A stretch of DNA of 64,000 nt from Eledone cirrhosa (taxonomy: Eukaryota): positions 17,794,001 through 17,858,000 of the forward strand of contig OZ024750.1 of NCBI GenBank assembly GCA_964016885.1. The letters are read 5' to 3'. Position numbers and translations under genes: made by a program. The notes beneath the pieces were generated by a model. The model was given only the letters and a program-made list of their open reading frames with translations, ran no database searches and was not told where the DNA came from. Positions 27,151 through 40,671 of this stretch are shown piece by piece (position 1 is the stretch's first letter; each line of letters begins with the position of its first letter).

Positions 27151-29054
27151 CCCTAGAGGATAAAGGAGGGAGATGCACTCAAGCAGGTGGCTAACTCCAT
27201 CCCAATAACAGTGAGAAGAGAAGTGATTCAAGGACACAGAATGCCAGAAGCCTCCACAGCAATAGGTTTAACCCTACTCTATATATACTATTGTATGTTT
27301 GTGGTAAAGGCTTTATCTTACATAATTATCACACATAATATCACATCTATGAGATTTTGATGTTATCTATTTTGAGAACAATACCTTAATGTCAGTATGA
27401 GCAGCCAGTTATGGCCAGTTTGAACAGAAAGAGGTGAAAGAGTTCTGGCCGGATGCAGCTGGTTTAGATGCCAAATGGCTAACGACAAACCTATTGGAAA
27501 GTGGCTGATACTTTATACAATTAACTTTGAAACAACACAAGCATCTGTAGAATAGCAGAATATTGAGCAATGACCCATTTATAATTATCATTCAATAAAG
27601 ATTTCAAAAAAGAATTTCTGTCTTTAATAAACTGTGAAGAGAAACTGAACAAGACAGAGAAAAAATACTATATATTCACATCACTGAAACATTTTCTTAA
27701 TTAAAGAACAATTAATTAGAAAATTAAGTCACTTATTAAATTTTAATTGGATTTTTACTCAATCGATACACAGCCAGAGTATCAGGAGTATAAATAAAAC
27801 AAAGAGATTACAGTTGTTGCCACAGCAACTCACACTTTCCTAGGTTTAGCCAGCCTTCTATAAGGTAGTGGTTGTTGTAGCTACAGCTCACACCTCTGTA
27901 GATTTAACTAGCTTTCTATGAGATTGTTACAATTCATCTCTATGTGGGTTTAACTGGTCTCCTATGCGGTTACATTTCACAGGAGTTTTGTGGGGGGTTT
28001 AACCCTTTCCTTACCATATTTCTAATGAAAGACACAGCCTATGGTTTTCAAATAATTTTGAAAATAGTCAAAATTTTGAAGAGTTTGGAATACAACTTAA
28101 CAAAAGTTCTTACATAAAAATTATGATGGAAGGTTTTCAGATAAATACAAACACTTTAAAATAAATAGTTTCATATAAAACCAGCGGCATGTAGAAGTCT
28201 CCACCTCAGTACTTAGTGATTTGAGAAGCTGCTATTTCTAGTAGATCTAATAACCATGTAGAGGTTGTTATCCTGGCTTAAAATCAACATTGAGTTTATT
28301 AGTGCATTTATCAACTTCCTCATTTTTATTTTCCAGGAAGCTGAAGAATATTTTGATAAAGTATTGAGTAAATATTGAAATAATTTCAGCTATAATACAG
28401 CTATTGTGTTGTGTGCCAAGCTAACATGCACAGACATACACACACATGCATACACAAAGACACATCTGCAGACACACACATACACACACATGCATACACA
28501 AAGACACATCTGCAGACACACACATACACACACATGCATACACAAAGACACATCTGCAGACACACACATACACACGAACAGTACATAGACAATGTCCCTC
28601 CTTTTTCTGGTTTTATTATTTAGCCAGAGGAAAAAGAGGAAGTCTTTGCCAATTATCACAGGTCTACCTCCCTCCCAATCATCACAGACAGTTCAGCTCA
28701 ATATCAATGATCTATTTATTGCTAACCAAGCTCCAATAATTGATATTGTTGTTGTTGTTGTTACAGCTCACATCTACATAAGTTAGCTAGCCTTCCTATG
28801 TGGTTACATCTCATGAGAGATTTCTTGGGTGTTTTAATAACCCCTCTCCTTACCATATTGCTAATGATTTTGAAAATAATCAAGAATCTGAAGGGGTGTA
28901 GTAATATAATTAACTTCCTTGTTATTAATCTGGTATTTGAAACATTACAAATGTTCTTACATAAAATGATGATGGAAGGGTAATTATAAACACTTTCAAA
29001 TAAATAGTTTTGTATCATAAAAGCAAGGTGTTTTTCAAGTGGTTTGGCATTAGT

Positions 29055-29460
29055 ATCATCATCAGCGTCATCATTTTCATTTTACATCTGCTTTTCCATG
29101 CTTGCATCGATGGGACAGGTCTTTTCCAGCACAGCATCTCTCCACTTATTGTGGTCTTTTATCATCTCTTCTGTGAACTTCAGTGATTTAAGATCAGCTC
29201 TCACAACCTCTACTCAGATCTTCCTTCCACTGGGATTTCTGGGCACTTCTTCATTCGACAGTCATCATACATACACTTCACATGACCATTATACCAGTGC
29301 AGTCTCTCCTGCACACTACATTTGATCCTTCTTATATCAAACTTTTCTCTCAGTTTATCCATACTCTATCATTCATGTACATTAACATTGAACATCTGTC
29401 ACAGCACGCTCCCTTCATTTCTCTCTAGCCTTTGCATATCATCTACAACACTGCATTTAG
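29055..29460 (-). mobile_element. Degraded RTE LINE 3' end with SINE-shared tail
   Basis: Minus strand VEVVRADLKSLKFTEEMIKDHNKWRDAVLEKT, followed by gcaagcatggaaaagcagatgtaaa...tgatgat. Confidence 0.7.
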
Positions 29461-31146
29461 GCACAAAAAGGTTTAATCATTTCCAAAGCATCTCTTATTA
29501 TCATTATAGAGATTGTTTGTTTTCATTATCAGAAAGTTCTGGTCATCTCTATTTCCAGACTTATATGCATGCTCTCATGCATGCATGCCCTCATGCACTG
29601 CAAGCAGTGCATTGAGCTGGTGATTATCCCAGTTTCATGGCATGAAGCGACTGAGAGTACAAGACTTCCCCCTGAACAGGATGCCAGTCCATCACACGGT
29701 TAAACTCCCAGCTATAGCTGGTACTCATTTTCAGCTGAGTATACTAGAGTAACATGAAATGAAGTGTTTTTGCACAAGAGACTTATATAGTTGGATAATT
29801 TCTACATTTATGTCAGACTAACATTGTCATCTGTTGAAACTGATAATTCAATTAACAAACATTTCCTTCCAAGGTGATCTTTAACAATAATACCTGACCA
29901 ATTAATCTTGATCTCCATGTCAGTGTGAAATGGCATATCCCAGAATAATTAACATCATTTAATTGGCAGTATCGGTAAAGTGTTGGACAACATGCTTTAC
30001 AGTATTTAATTATGATTTTCAACCTCATCTTTCATCATTCCGAGATCGATAAAATAAAGTCCAGTTAAATACTGGGGTTGATATAATATCACATTCTCTA
30101 CCCCTCACATTGACCTTCTGCCAATGTTAGAAAATTACTACTATTCTTTAATTCTTTACGCATGAAGGAGTGTAGTTTAGTGGCTAAAATGTTGGGTTAA
30201 CAATCATGAGATTGTGAATTCGATTTCTGGACATGGTGATGCATTGTGTCCTTAAACAAGACACTTTATTTCACATTGCTCCAGTTCACTCAACTGGAAA
30301 GCATGACTTGAAAAGACAATGGTGCCAAGCTGATATGGTCTTTGCCTTTCTCTTGAACAACCAGTGGTTTGGAGAGGGGAGAGAGAAAGGCATGGATGAC
30401 TGCTTGTCCTCCACAAAAACACTTTGGCTGGGCTTGTGCCTAAGAGAGGGACTTAATAGATGCGAAACCATTGTCAGCCATGACCAAAGAAAGGGTCTCT
30501 CTCCCTCCCTCATTCCACATCTTATTTCTTCCTTTCCTCTTTTGGTTAATCAATGCCAGAAAGCTGTTAATTATTGTGGCTAATGAGAATGGTGAGAAAC
30601 TTGCTAATCAATAAGCACATCATTTATTTACGGAGACCAAACAAGGCCATCAGGTTTGACCATTTTTATTCAAACATGTGAAAAATGGCTTTATATATTT
30701 GTTTGTATGTGTGTGTATACACAAGCATGTGTATATATTTATAAACCTTCAAATAAATTATTCACAGTTGCACACACACACACACTCATGTACATACATA
30801 CATTTACACATACAAATAAATCCACATACACACACATACATATACATACATACATACATACATACATATACACACATATATACATACACATGTATAAACA
30901 CATACAAACACACCCACATTTATATACACATACATGCACACACACACATATACACACAAATATATATACACATACATAGACATATACACATATATATATA
31001 CACACATGCATACATACACACAGCCATATAGATAGATAGATAGATATAATGTAAATAGTTAACGAAGACAAAACAACATTGAAGAGGAATACGGTACAAT
31101 GATGATATATATATTAATTTAACACTTGAGATAGTAGCAAAACAGT

Positions 31147-31180
31147 CTTGACGTTTCAGATGTTAATCCTTCATCAGAAG
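31147..31180 (-). ncRNA. Minimal hammerhead ribozyme motif of the Penelope pLTR type
   Basis: ctt CTGATGA aggattaacatct GAAA cgtc aag. A decayed relative lies at ~52028-52062(-) with similar flanks. Confidence 0.6.
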
Positions 31181-31494
31181 GTAGAAGGAGGGATTGAGGA
31201 AAACATAGAAAGATAGACAAGAGCAAGAAGAGGAAGAAATAGAAAAAAAAGCACATTTTTTACACAGAAGAAAAACGTGTGTGTGATCATCATCAACATC
31301 ACGTTTTGGTGTATATTTTCCATGCTTGCATGCATTAGACAGGTTGTCATGTTTTGAGGCTAGACTAGTTAGGTCAGCAGTCCCCAACCACCAGGCTACG
31401 GACCAGTACCAGGCCATGAACCATTTGGTACCTGGCCACAAGGAAAGCAGGGTTTAGTGATTACGCTGTTTAGCTCATGATTGTAAGGTCATTT

Positions 31495-31830
31495 CATTTC
31501 ATTTCATTTTACGTCCGCTTTTCCCTGCTTGCAAGGGTGGGACGGGAACTGATTCTGGCTTGATTTCTACAGCTGGATTCCCTTCCTAACACCAACCTCA
31601 TTTACAGTGAGTGCTAGGTGCTTTTTTGCCGTGGCACCTCCACGACCACTTTGCAGTGGAATGATAGGGAACCCAGTCCCTATCATCTCATTTCTACAGC
31701 TGAGTAAACTGGAGCAATGTGAAATAAAGTGTCTTGCTCAAGGAAACAACACATCACCCAGTCTGAGAATTGAACTCACAACCTTTCGATTGCAAGGCCA
31801 ATGCTCTAACCACTAAGCCATGTGCCTCCA
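31495..31830 (-). mobile_element. tRNA-derived SINE (same family as 2745-3126)
   Basis: Near-identical reverse complement of the 2745 copy. Confidence 0.85.
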
Positions 31831-32121
31831 TGAGTTCAAATTCTGTTGGAAGGTTGTGTCCTTGAGCAAGACACCTTATTTCACCTTACTCCAATGCACG
31901 AAACTGGTAAAAATTAGCTGTACTGTACCAGTAGTTGAAAGGATCCAACATTGTCATATCTTGTGTCATGTTGAATCTTCCTTAAAACTATGTTAAGAGT
32001 ACATGTGACTGAAATGCTCAGCCATTTGCATGTTAATTTCACAAGCAGGCTGTCCTGTTGATTGAATCAACTGGGACACATATCAACAGCACCAACGGAG
32101 AGCCTACACATACACACACAG

Positions 32122-32263
<142 letters not shown>

Positions 32264-32411
32264 GTGCGCGCGCTACACACATGCATACAGAAATGACTGT
32301 GTGTGTGTGTGTGCACGCACATACATACAGAAATGACTTCTACATGGCCAGAACTGCTTCATTTGTTTCAAAGCATCAGGAATGTCCATGAAGCATACAT
32401 CATATGTGTAC

Positions 32412-32612
32412 TCATCATCATCATCATCATCATTCATCGACTACTGTCGAGATGACGGATCTCACTCTCATGCCCCAGAATTCCCTGTCCCCCATCGCTG
32501 CCCCCAGGTCCTGTCTACTGATTCCCCGTATCCCTTCCACTTCTCCACCACCTTCCATAAACCTCCCACGTCCTAACACCCCCCTACCCCCGCTCTCCAT
32601 GAGGTAAGAGCC
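32412..32612 (-). mobile_element. Probable RTE-like LINE 3' end with (TGA)n tail
   Basis: Minus strand ...GISRQDLGAAMGDREFWGMRVRSVISTVVDE* followed by (tga)n. Confidence 0.55.
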
Positions 32613-32614
32613 CT

Positions 32615-32698
32615 ACCCTAGACCTATCACTCCAATCCCCACCTTAACCCCCAGTGAACTGGGGGTAAAGGTGGGGATCGGAGTGATAGGTCTAGGGT
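32615..32698. repeat. GC-rich 40-bp-stem hairpin (4-nt loop, 2 mismatches)
   Basis: accctagacctatcactccaatccccaccttaacccccag-tgaa-ctgggggtaaaggtggggatcggagtgataggtctagggt. Confidence 0.9.
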
Positions 32699-32714
32699 GA
32701 AGTGGTCGGTTCAG

Positions 32715-33710
32715 TGCCACAATAAAAATTCCTCAGTCCACACTCTAAAGTGGTTGTCTTCATGCCACAAGAGAAAGCACCCAGTCCACACTGTAAAGTG
32801 GTTGTCTTCATGTCACAAGAGAAAGCATTTAGTTCACACTGTAAAGTGGTTGTCTTCATGCCACAAGAGAAAGCACCCAGTCCACACTGTAAAGTGGTTG
32901 TTTTCATGCCACAAGAGAAAGCACCCAGTCCACACTGTAAAGTGGTTGTCTTCATGCCACAAGAGAAAGCACCCAGTCCACACTGTAAAGTGGTTGTCTT
33001 CATGCCACAAGAGAAAGCACCCAGTCCACACTGTAAAGTGGTTGTCTTCATGCCACAAGAGAAAGCACCCAGTCCACACTGTAAAGTGGTTGTCTTCATG
33101 CCACAAGAGAAAGCACCCAGTCCACACTGTAAAGTGGTTGTCTTCATGCCACAAGAGAAAGCACCCAGTCCACACTGTAAAGTGGTTGTCTTCATGCCAC
33201 AAGAGAAAGCACCCAGTCCACACTGTAAAGTGGTTGTCTTCATGCCACAAGAGAAAGCACCCAGTCCACACTGTAAAGTGGTTGTCTTCATGCCACAAGA
33301 GAAAGCACCCAGTCCACACTGTAAAGTGGTTGTCTTCATGCCACAAGAGAAAGCACCCAGTCCACACTGTAAAGTGGTTGTCTTCATGCCACAAGAGAAA
33401 GCACCCAGTCCACACTGTAAAGTGGTTGTCTTCATGCCACAAGAGAAAGCACCCAGTCCACACTGTAAAGTGGTTGTCTTCATGCCACAAGAGAAAGCAC
33501 CCAGTCCACACTGTAAAGTGGTTGTCTTCATGCCACAAGAGAAAGCACCCAGTCCACACTGTAAAGTGGTTGTCTTCATGCCACAAGAGAAAGCACCCAG
33601 TCCACACTGTAAAGTGGTTGTCTTCATGCCACAAGAGAAAGCACCCAGTCCACACTGTAAAGTGGTTGTCTTCATGCCACAAGAGAAAGCACCCAGTCCA
33701 CACTGTAAAT
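32715..33710 (+). repeat. 48-bp tandem array (~20 copies) amplified from an internal SINE segment
   Basis: Unit ccacaagagaaagcacccagtccacactgtaaagtggttgtcttcatg. The last unit runs directly into the SINE tail (ttggtgttaggaag...catgccagca...ggacattaaatggtgatga) to ~33870. Confidence 0.95.
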
Positions 33711-33870
33711 ATTGTTGGTGTTAGGAAGAGAATCTAGCCATAGAAACCAAGCCAGAAAGAGTTCTGTATGAAGAAGACACAGATATCTGATCTGATTTAT
33801 GTCACAATGGTACATCTCATCTAACCCATGCCAGCAGGGAAAAAATGGACATTAAATGGTGATGAGGAAG

Positions 33871-33902
<32 letters not shown>

Positions 33903-34022
33903 GCACGCACACACACACATATATGCACACACAAACATGCACACATATATACACACACATACATAAATATATGTATATATACACACACACACACACGTAA
34001 ATATATATATATATATATACAC

Positions 34023-34093
<71 letters not shown>

Positions 34094-34217
34094 TATATAT
34101 ATATATACACACACACACACATATATATATATATACACACACACACACATATATATATATATACATATATACACACATATACATATATATATATATACAT
34201 ATATACACACATATACA

Positions 34218-34251
<34 letters not shown>

Positions 34252-34841
34252 CACATATACATATATATACACACATACATATATATACACATATATATAT
34301 ATACACACACATATATATATATATACACACACACATATATATATATACACACACACATATATATATATACACACACACATATATATATATACACACACAC
34401 ATATATATATATACACACACACATATACTTATATATATATATATACATATATATATATACATATATATATCCCCACATATACATATATATATACATATAT
34501 ATATATATATACATACATATATATATACACATACATATATATACACACATACATATATATACACACATATATATATATATACACATATATATATATACAC
34601 ATATACATATGTACACATATACATATGTACACATATACATATGTACACACATATACATATATACACACATATATACATATATACACACATATATATATAC
34701 ATATATACACACACATATATATATACATATATACACACATATACATCTATATATATATATATATACATATATATATACATATATATACATATACACACAT
34801 ATACATATATATATACACATATATAGATATACATGTACATT

Positions 34842-34893
<52 letters not shown>

Positions 34894-35378
34894 CGATATA
34901 AAAGTGATTGAGTAGTGATATATAAATAGCCCATGTGTTTGCTTCTGTTCACTAAACCAATCACAGCTCATTTTTGGAAATTGAATAATGGGAAATAGAA
35001 TTTGGTAAATAATTGTTTCTACTTTAGGCACAAGGCCAGCAATTACCCAGTGCATTACTGGTACTTTATTTTATCGACCCTGTAAGGATGAAAGGCAAAG
35101 TCGGTGGTGGTATGTGGTGGCGGTGATGGCGGTAGTTGTGGTGGTGGTAGTGGTGATCGTAGTGTAGGTGGTGGTATGTGGTGGCGGTGATGGCGGTAGT
35201 TGTGGTGGTGGTAGTGGTGATCGTAGTGTAGGTGGTGGTATGTGGTGGCGGTGATGGCGGTAGTTGTGGTGGTGGTTGGGGTGAGAAACTAACGTACCTA
35301 ACTGTTATTGTTGTACAATCTGAGATAAACAGTTAATATAAGAAGTGAGAGAGGAAGGGGAGAGGGAAGCTGATACAC

Positions 35379-35414
<36 letters not shown>

Positions 35415-35626
35415 TAGATACACAGACTGAGTGAGGAAAGGTAAAGGATAGACAGAGAGATGTACAAAGATATAAGAAAGAGATAGACATGTGAATTAAT
35501 AGTAGATTGTAGCGAGAGAAGGAGAAAGATGGAAAGAAATGGGGAGAGAGAGAGAGAGAGAAAGAGAGAAGGAGTGAGGGAGAAGAAGAGGAAGTGATAG
35601 CTATATAGACAGACTGAAACAGAGGA

Positions 35627-35657
<31 letters not shown>

Positions 35658-35690
35658 TAAATAAATAATGAACAAACAATTCCTTATATT

Positions 35691-37283
35691 AACATTATTA
35701 CACATGCTAGACAAACACTTATTGAATTTCAGAATGAATACTGGACCAGAAACACTTATAGTAATCTTTTTGATATTACTATGGGTTCAAGCGATTCTGC
35801 CCAAATTACTGATCTTGTGGGCCTCTTTCTCCTTTTCAACATAAATGCCTCTTTTCCCCACCTCAAAGGTGGTTTATATCGTGATGACTGTCTTCTTCTT
35901 TCTAACAACCTTAGCCTTTCAGAAATTGAAAAAAACAAAAAGCATATTAGAACTTTCCTTAAGGACTATTATAATCTTAATATTACTTTTGAAAAAACAA
36001 GTAAAGTAGTAAATTTCCTAGATATAACTTTAGATTTAGCTACGGGTATATACCAACCTTACCATAAACCTAACCAAAACTTACATTACATACACTCACA
36101 ATCTAATCACCCTAAATCTATCCTTAAAAACCTTGCATATAATATATCACTTAGAATTTCTAACCTTTCTTCTAACCAAGATGTATTTGATAAAAATGCG
36201 ACCTTTTATAATGAAGCTCTAGATAGAAGTGGCCACAAAAATAGATTAGAGTATATAACTTCTACTAAAAATACTGAAAACATACAGCATAATATTACCA
36301 ACAAACACCAAATGAAAGGTACACACCTAAATGCCACCCACAGTATACCCCAAAATACTAAATCTTCTAATATAAAGTATAGTAACCCTCAAAAAACTAC
36401 TCATCATAAGACTATAATAAATATTAATAATAAAACTCCTAATAAAAAAGATAAAACACCTAAATCTACAAATATAACTAAAAATAGTTGTGGTGAGATC
36501 ATTAACATTATTCCTCCTAGTAAAAATCATGATACAACATATAAAAATAATAAAAATAATAAACAACATAGAAACCGTAATAGACGAGTTACTTGGTATA
36601 ATGCTCCTTTTAATTTACAAGTTAAGGATAATATTGCTAAAAAATTTTTTTATATCCTTGAGAAAAACTTCCCGCCAAACCACAAATACCATCAAATATT
36701 AAATAGGTCTACAGTTAAATTCTCATATTCTACAACAAATAACATAAAACAAAATATAAGTGCATATAATGCATATAAATGTAAGAAAACTATAAGTATA
36801 CCACCAGTACATCAAATTAACAATAATATCTCCTCAAATACAGAATTAACGAAAGGATGTAACTGTAGAAACAAAACAAACTGCCCATTAAAAGGGAATT
36901 GTCTTGTTAACAACATAGTCTATAAATGTAATGTTAAAACTAAAGATTCTATTTGCTCATATATAGGAGCTACCTCTAACAATTTTAAGACAAGGTATAA
37001 TACCCACAAACATAGCTTTAAAAATGCCGCACTGGCTAATACAACATCTCTAGCAGAAAAAATCAATAGTTATAAAAATAAAAATATAAAATATGATTTG
37101 ACCTGGAGTGTGCTCAAAAGAGCCACCCCTTATCAAAATAATAGAAAGGAATGTAGATTATGTTCCCAAGAACTATTTGAAATAATGAAGTCTAGGGATA
37201 TCTTATTAAATAAAAGACAGGAATTAATTATATCGTGTAATCATAAACTAAAAAAAACATTTAAATATTATAAACCTAATTAA
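35691..37283 (+). CDS. Penelope-like element polyprotein, partial (RT motifs 4-7 and thumb, CxCx5C linker, GIY-YIG endonuclease)
   Basis: Open frame extends 30 codons 5' of the track ATG (IITHARQTLIEF...LFDITMGSSDSAQ). Motifs: GGLYRDD, VNFLDITLDL, YIHSQSNHP, CNCRNKTNCPLKGNCL, IVYKC..YIGAT..FKTRYNTHKHSF, CRLC, LLNKRQE..SCNH. Confidence 0.92.
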   Translation, partial: NIITHARQTLIEFQNEYWTRNTYSNLFDITMGSSDSAQITDLVGLFLLFNINASFPHLKGGLYRDDCLLLSNNLSLSEIEKNKKHIRTFLKDYYNLNITFEKTSKVVNFLDITLDLATGIYQPYHKPNQNLHYIHSQSNHPKSILKNLAYNISLRISNLSSNQDVFDKNATFYNEALDRSGHKNRLEYITSTKNTENIQHNITNKHQMKGTHLNATHSIPQNTKSSNIKYSNPQKTTHHKTIININNKTPNKKDKTPKSTNITKNSCGEIINIIPPSKNHDTTYKNNKNNKQHRNRNRRVTWYNAPFNLQVKDNIAKKFFYILEKNFPPNHKYHQILNRSTVKFSYSTTNNIKQNISAYNAYKCKKTISIPPVHQINNNISSNTELTKGCNCRNKTNCPLKGNCLVNNIVYKCNVKTKDSICSYIGATSNNFKTRYNTHKHSFKNAALANTTSLAEKINSYKNKNIKYDLTWSVLKRATPYQNNRKECRLCSQELFEIMKSRDILLNKRQELIISCNHKLKKTFKYYKPN

Positions 37284-38972
37284 TAACATTATTCTAGAAT
37301 TTAATTTAATTTAAATGTTAGTTAACCTATAAATTTAATTTAATTAATATTTTATTACAGATGAGAAAATATTATGTAATCATTAATTTTGAAAAACCTT
37401 TAAATATTACTAATATATATTCAGTAATTTAATTTATAGATTAATTTTAACTTATTTTAACCTTTTATTATAATTTTTTAATTTAGTTTAACCTTTTATT
37501 ATAAAATTTTTTTTATTATAATTCTTTTACAGATAAAATATAACAAAATAATATCATGTATCCTATGACGGAGAAAGAATTTTTAGTATTATTGACCTAA
37601 TTAATATGCATTTTGGAAATATATTTATTATTTGGTTTTAGCTTTAATCAACCTAAAACTTTAATTTTAATTTTAATTTGCTTAAAATTAGTATCCTTGT
37701 ACAGACGAATTGCAGAATTTCATGTAATCATAGAATGGGAGGTGTTTTTGGATATATACCTAGTTAATATACTCTGTGCAAATTTTTTGAAAAAGATATG
37801 TATATCTATATGTATATGTATATGTGTGTATTGTATGTGTATCTGTATGTATATTTATGTGACTATATATGTATGTATGTGTGTATATATATGTATATAT
37901 ATATATATATATGTGTATGTATATGTATACGTATGTGTATGTGTATGTATATGTATGTGTATGCGTATTAATTTTGATTTTTATTTGCATATAATTATAT
38001 TATGCTATTGATGAAATACAATATCTGCTTTATGTATTGTATACCTAATTAACATATACTAATTAACATATACTATTGAAATAAATATATAATTTTTAAC
38101 TTAGTTAACATATAATTTATATGCTACTACCGATGTAATAATTTATTTTATTTTTATTTGGGTTTCTTTTCCCTATTATTAACTTTAATTTAGTTATAAT
38201 GTAATTAATAATCTACTACTGTTTGACTTCATAATTCTGCTTCAAATATTATAAACCTAACTAATTTACACCTTGGAAATCAATATGTTGACTATCTTTG
38301 GTTTAGTTGACATATGATTAATGGTATACTTTTTTATTTTGTGATGCATAGATTTCGTATTTCCTAACATTGAAAATATGTAAGAACATACATTGAATTA
38401 AGATATAGAAAATATTATAGGTTTCTTGAAACATATATTTACTTTGATCCCCTTCTCCAAACCCCCCCCTTTCCCCCATACTATTATCATCTGTTTTTGT
38501 AAGTGTATATGTATGAATATATGGGTAGATGGGTGTCTATATAGTTTTTTTGGTATTTATTTCTAGATATAAAAATACATATATGAGCATGTAAATATGA
38601 ATGTAAGATTGAGTGTGTATATATGATTGTACATACATATGTATGTATATGTATGTATATATATGTATTATATATGTACGTGTATGTGAATGTGTGGTAT
38701 ATATATGTGTAGGTATATGTATATATGTGTGTGTATGTGTATGCTTGTATATAGGAATATATATGTGTGTATATATGTATATATGTATATGCGTGTTTGC
38801 ATGTATGTGTATATGGGTTCTGTATATATTTGTATGTCTCTCTATTTATATGTTTATCTTTGTATCTATGTGATATATGTGTGTGTGTGTGCATGTATGC
38901 ATATGTATGTGTTTGTGTGTGTTTGTATGTGTGTGTGTATATATATATGTATGTATTTGCGCACACTCACAT

Positions 38973-39009
<37 letters not shown>

Positions 39010-39103
39010 GGTGTGTATGTGTGTCTGTATGTGTGTGCGTGTGTATATATGTGTATATATATATATATGTGTATGTATGTGTATGTGTGTGTATATAGAT
39101 ATA

Positions 39104-39142
<39 letters not shown>

Positions 39143-39281
39143 ATATAGGTGTCTATGTGTGAATATATGTCTTTATTCGTATGTGTGTATTTATATATGT
39201 TTATATTTAGGTGTATGTATGTATGTGTATGTATGTATGTATATGTATGTGTATGTATGTATATTTGTATATGTGTGTATA

Positions 39282-39318
<37 letters not shown>

Positions 39319-39410
39319 CTTTATTATTATTGTAATATAACTTATGTGTATATGTGTATAAGTGAGGTTGTGTATGTATATATACTATGTGTATATATAA
39401 GGGTAATGAA

Positions 39411-39449
<39 letters not shown>

Positions 39450-39545
39450 CATGTCTGTATTTTACGTGTGTGTGTATATATATGTATATGTGTGTATGTG
39501 TGTATATATGTATGTATATATGCATATATGTGTACGTGTGTGTAT

Positions 39546-39594
<49 letters not shown>

Positions 39595-39705
39595 TGGATG
39601 TTCGTATGTGTTTTCATGGTGGTATGAGTGTGGGATATATATGTTTATGTATAAGTATATGTATGTGTATGTATATATATATGAGTCTATGTGTGTGTGT
39701 GTATA

Positions 39706-39754
<49 letters not shown>

Positions 39755-40516
39755 ATGTGTTGCGCGTGTGTGTGTCCGTATTTTTATCTTTTTATATGTG
39801 TATGTGTATGTTCGTGTAAATGTATGTGTGTGTATGACAGTATAGGTATGTATGTATGTATGTATGTGTAGATATCTCTATGTGCGCGTACATGTATGTA
39901 TGTGTATGTATATCTGTATGCGTATGTACATTATATTATATGTAATATATTTTATTGTTTTTATTTTTTTATTTTTCATAATTTATAGATACATTTATAT
40001 TAGGCTGTCTGGTCTGACAACCTAACACTGACCCCTCCCCCCCCTCCCACCTAATTTCTGTATCTTGATCTTGAAATGTGTGTACCAGTGTGTTTATGTG
40101 AGTGACTTAATTTCTATTTGCTTATGATTTTATATCCACATATATAAATGTGAGTGGGGGGTGTGTGTGTGTTTGTATGTTCGTGGTTATGTGTATATTT
40201 TTATATATATACGCACATGTATGTGTGATTATACTGATATGTGTGAGTATGAAAAAAATATATTTATATGCTTGACTACATAAGTATCATTGCGTATATT
40301 ATCAGCGCATTAAGCTTACAGAGATATTAACCTTGAAATTTTTTATTTGCATCCATCTTTTTAGTATGCACATACATATTATACACACATTATTGTAAAA
40401 TGCGTGTAGGGTTTTACATGTATATACACACACCAAACTGCTTTTTAACCCTTTGTGTTTTCATTGGTCAATTTTGAACTGATATTTTGAATTGTTGTTA
40501 TTATCAATAAATATAC

Positions 40517-40671
40517 TTCATTATTTCTGAAGACGGCGTATATATGAGTTAGGTATGTATATTTAATCTTGATAATTTGTATAATTTTGTATAATTTTGT
40601 ACATAGATCTGTTAAATATGCATACCAATTATAGCACATATATGCCCTAGAAACGATCGTTAAATAGTGAA
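40517..40671 (+). ncRNA. Hammerhead ribozyme of the PLE 3' pLTR with ~115-nt extended stem II
   Basis: ttcattattt CTGAAGA cggcgtatatatg...cacatatatgcccta GAAA cgatcg TT aaatagtgaa. Stem I is 10 bp (1 G-U), with an extra internal helix ggtatgtatatttaa/ttaaatatgcatacc. Confidence 0.7.

Noticed and set aside
32692-33737. 289-346-aa repetitive ORFs, or a CRISPR-like array
   Set aside because: Head-to-tail 48-bp units with no unique spacers, derived from a SINE. The open frames result from a period divisible by 3.
35691-37400. Selenocysteine recoding in the Penelope-like ORF
   Set aside because: The visible ORF has no in-frame TGA and ends in TAA, and I could not identify a convincing SECIS.
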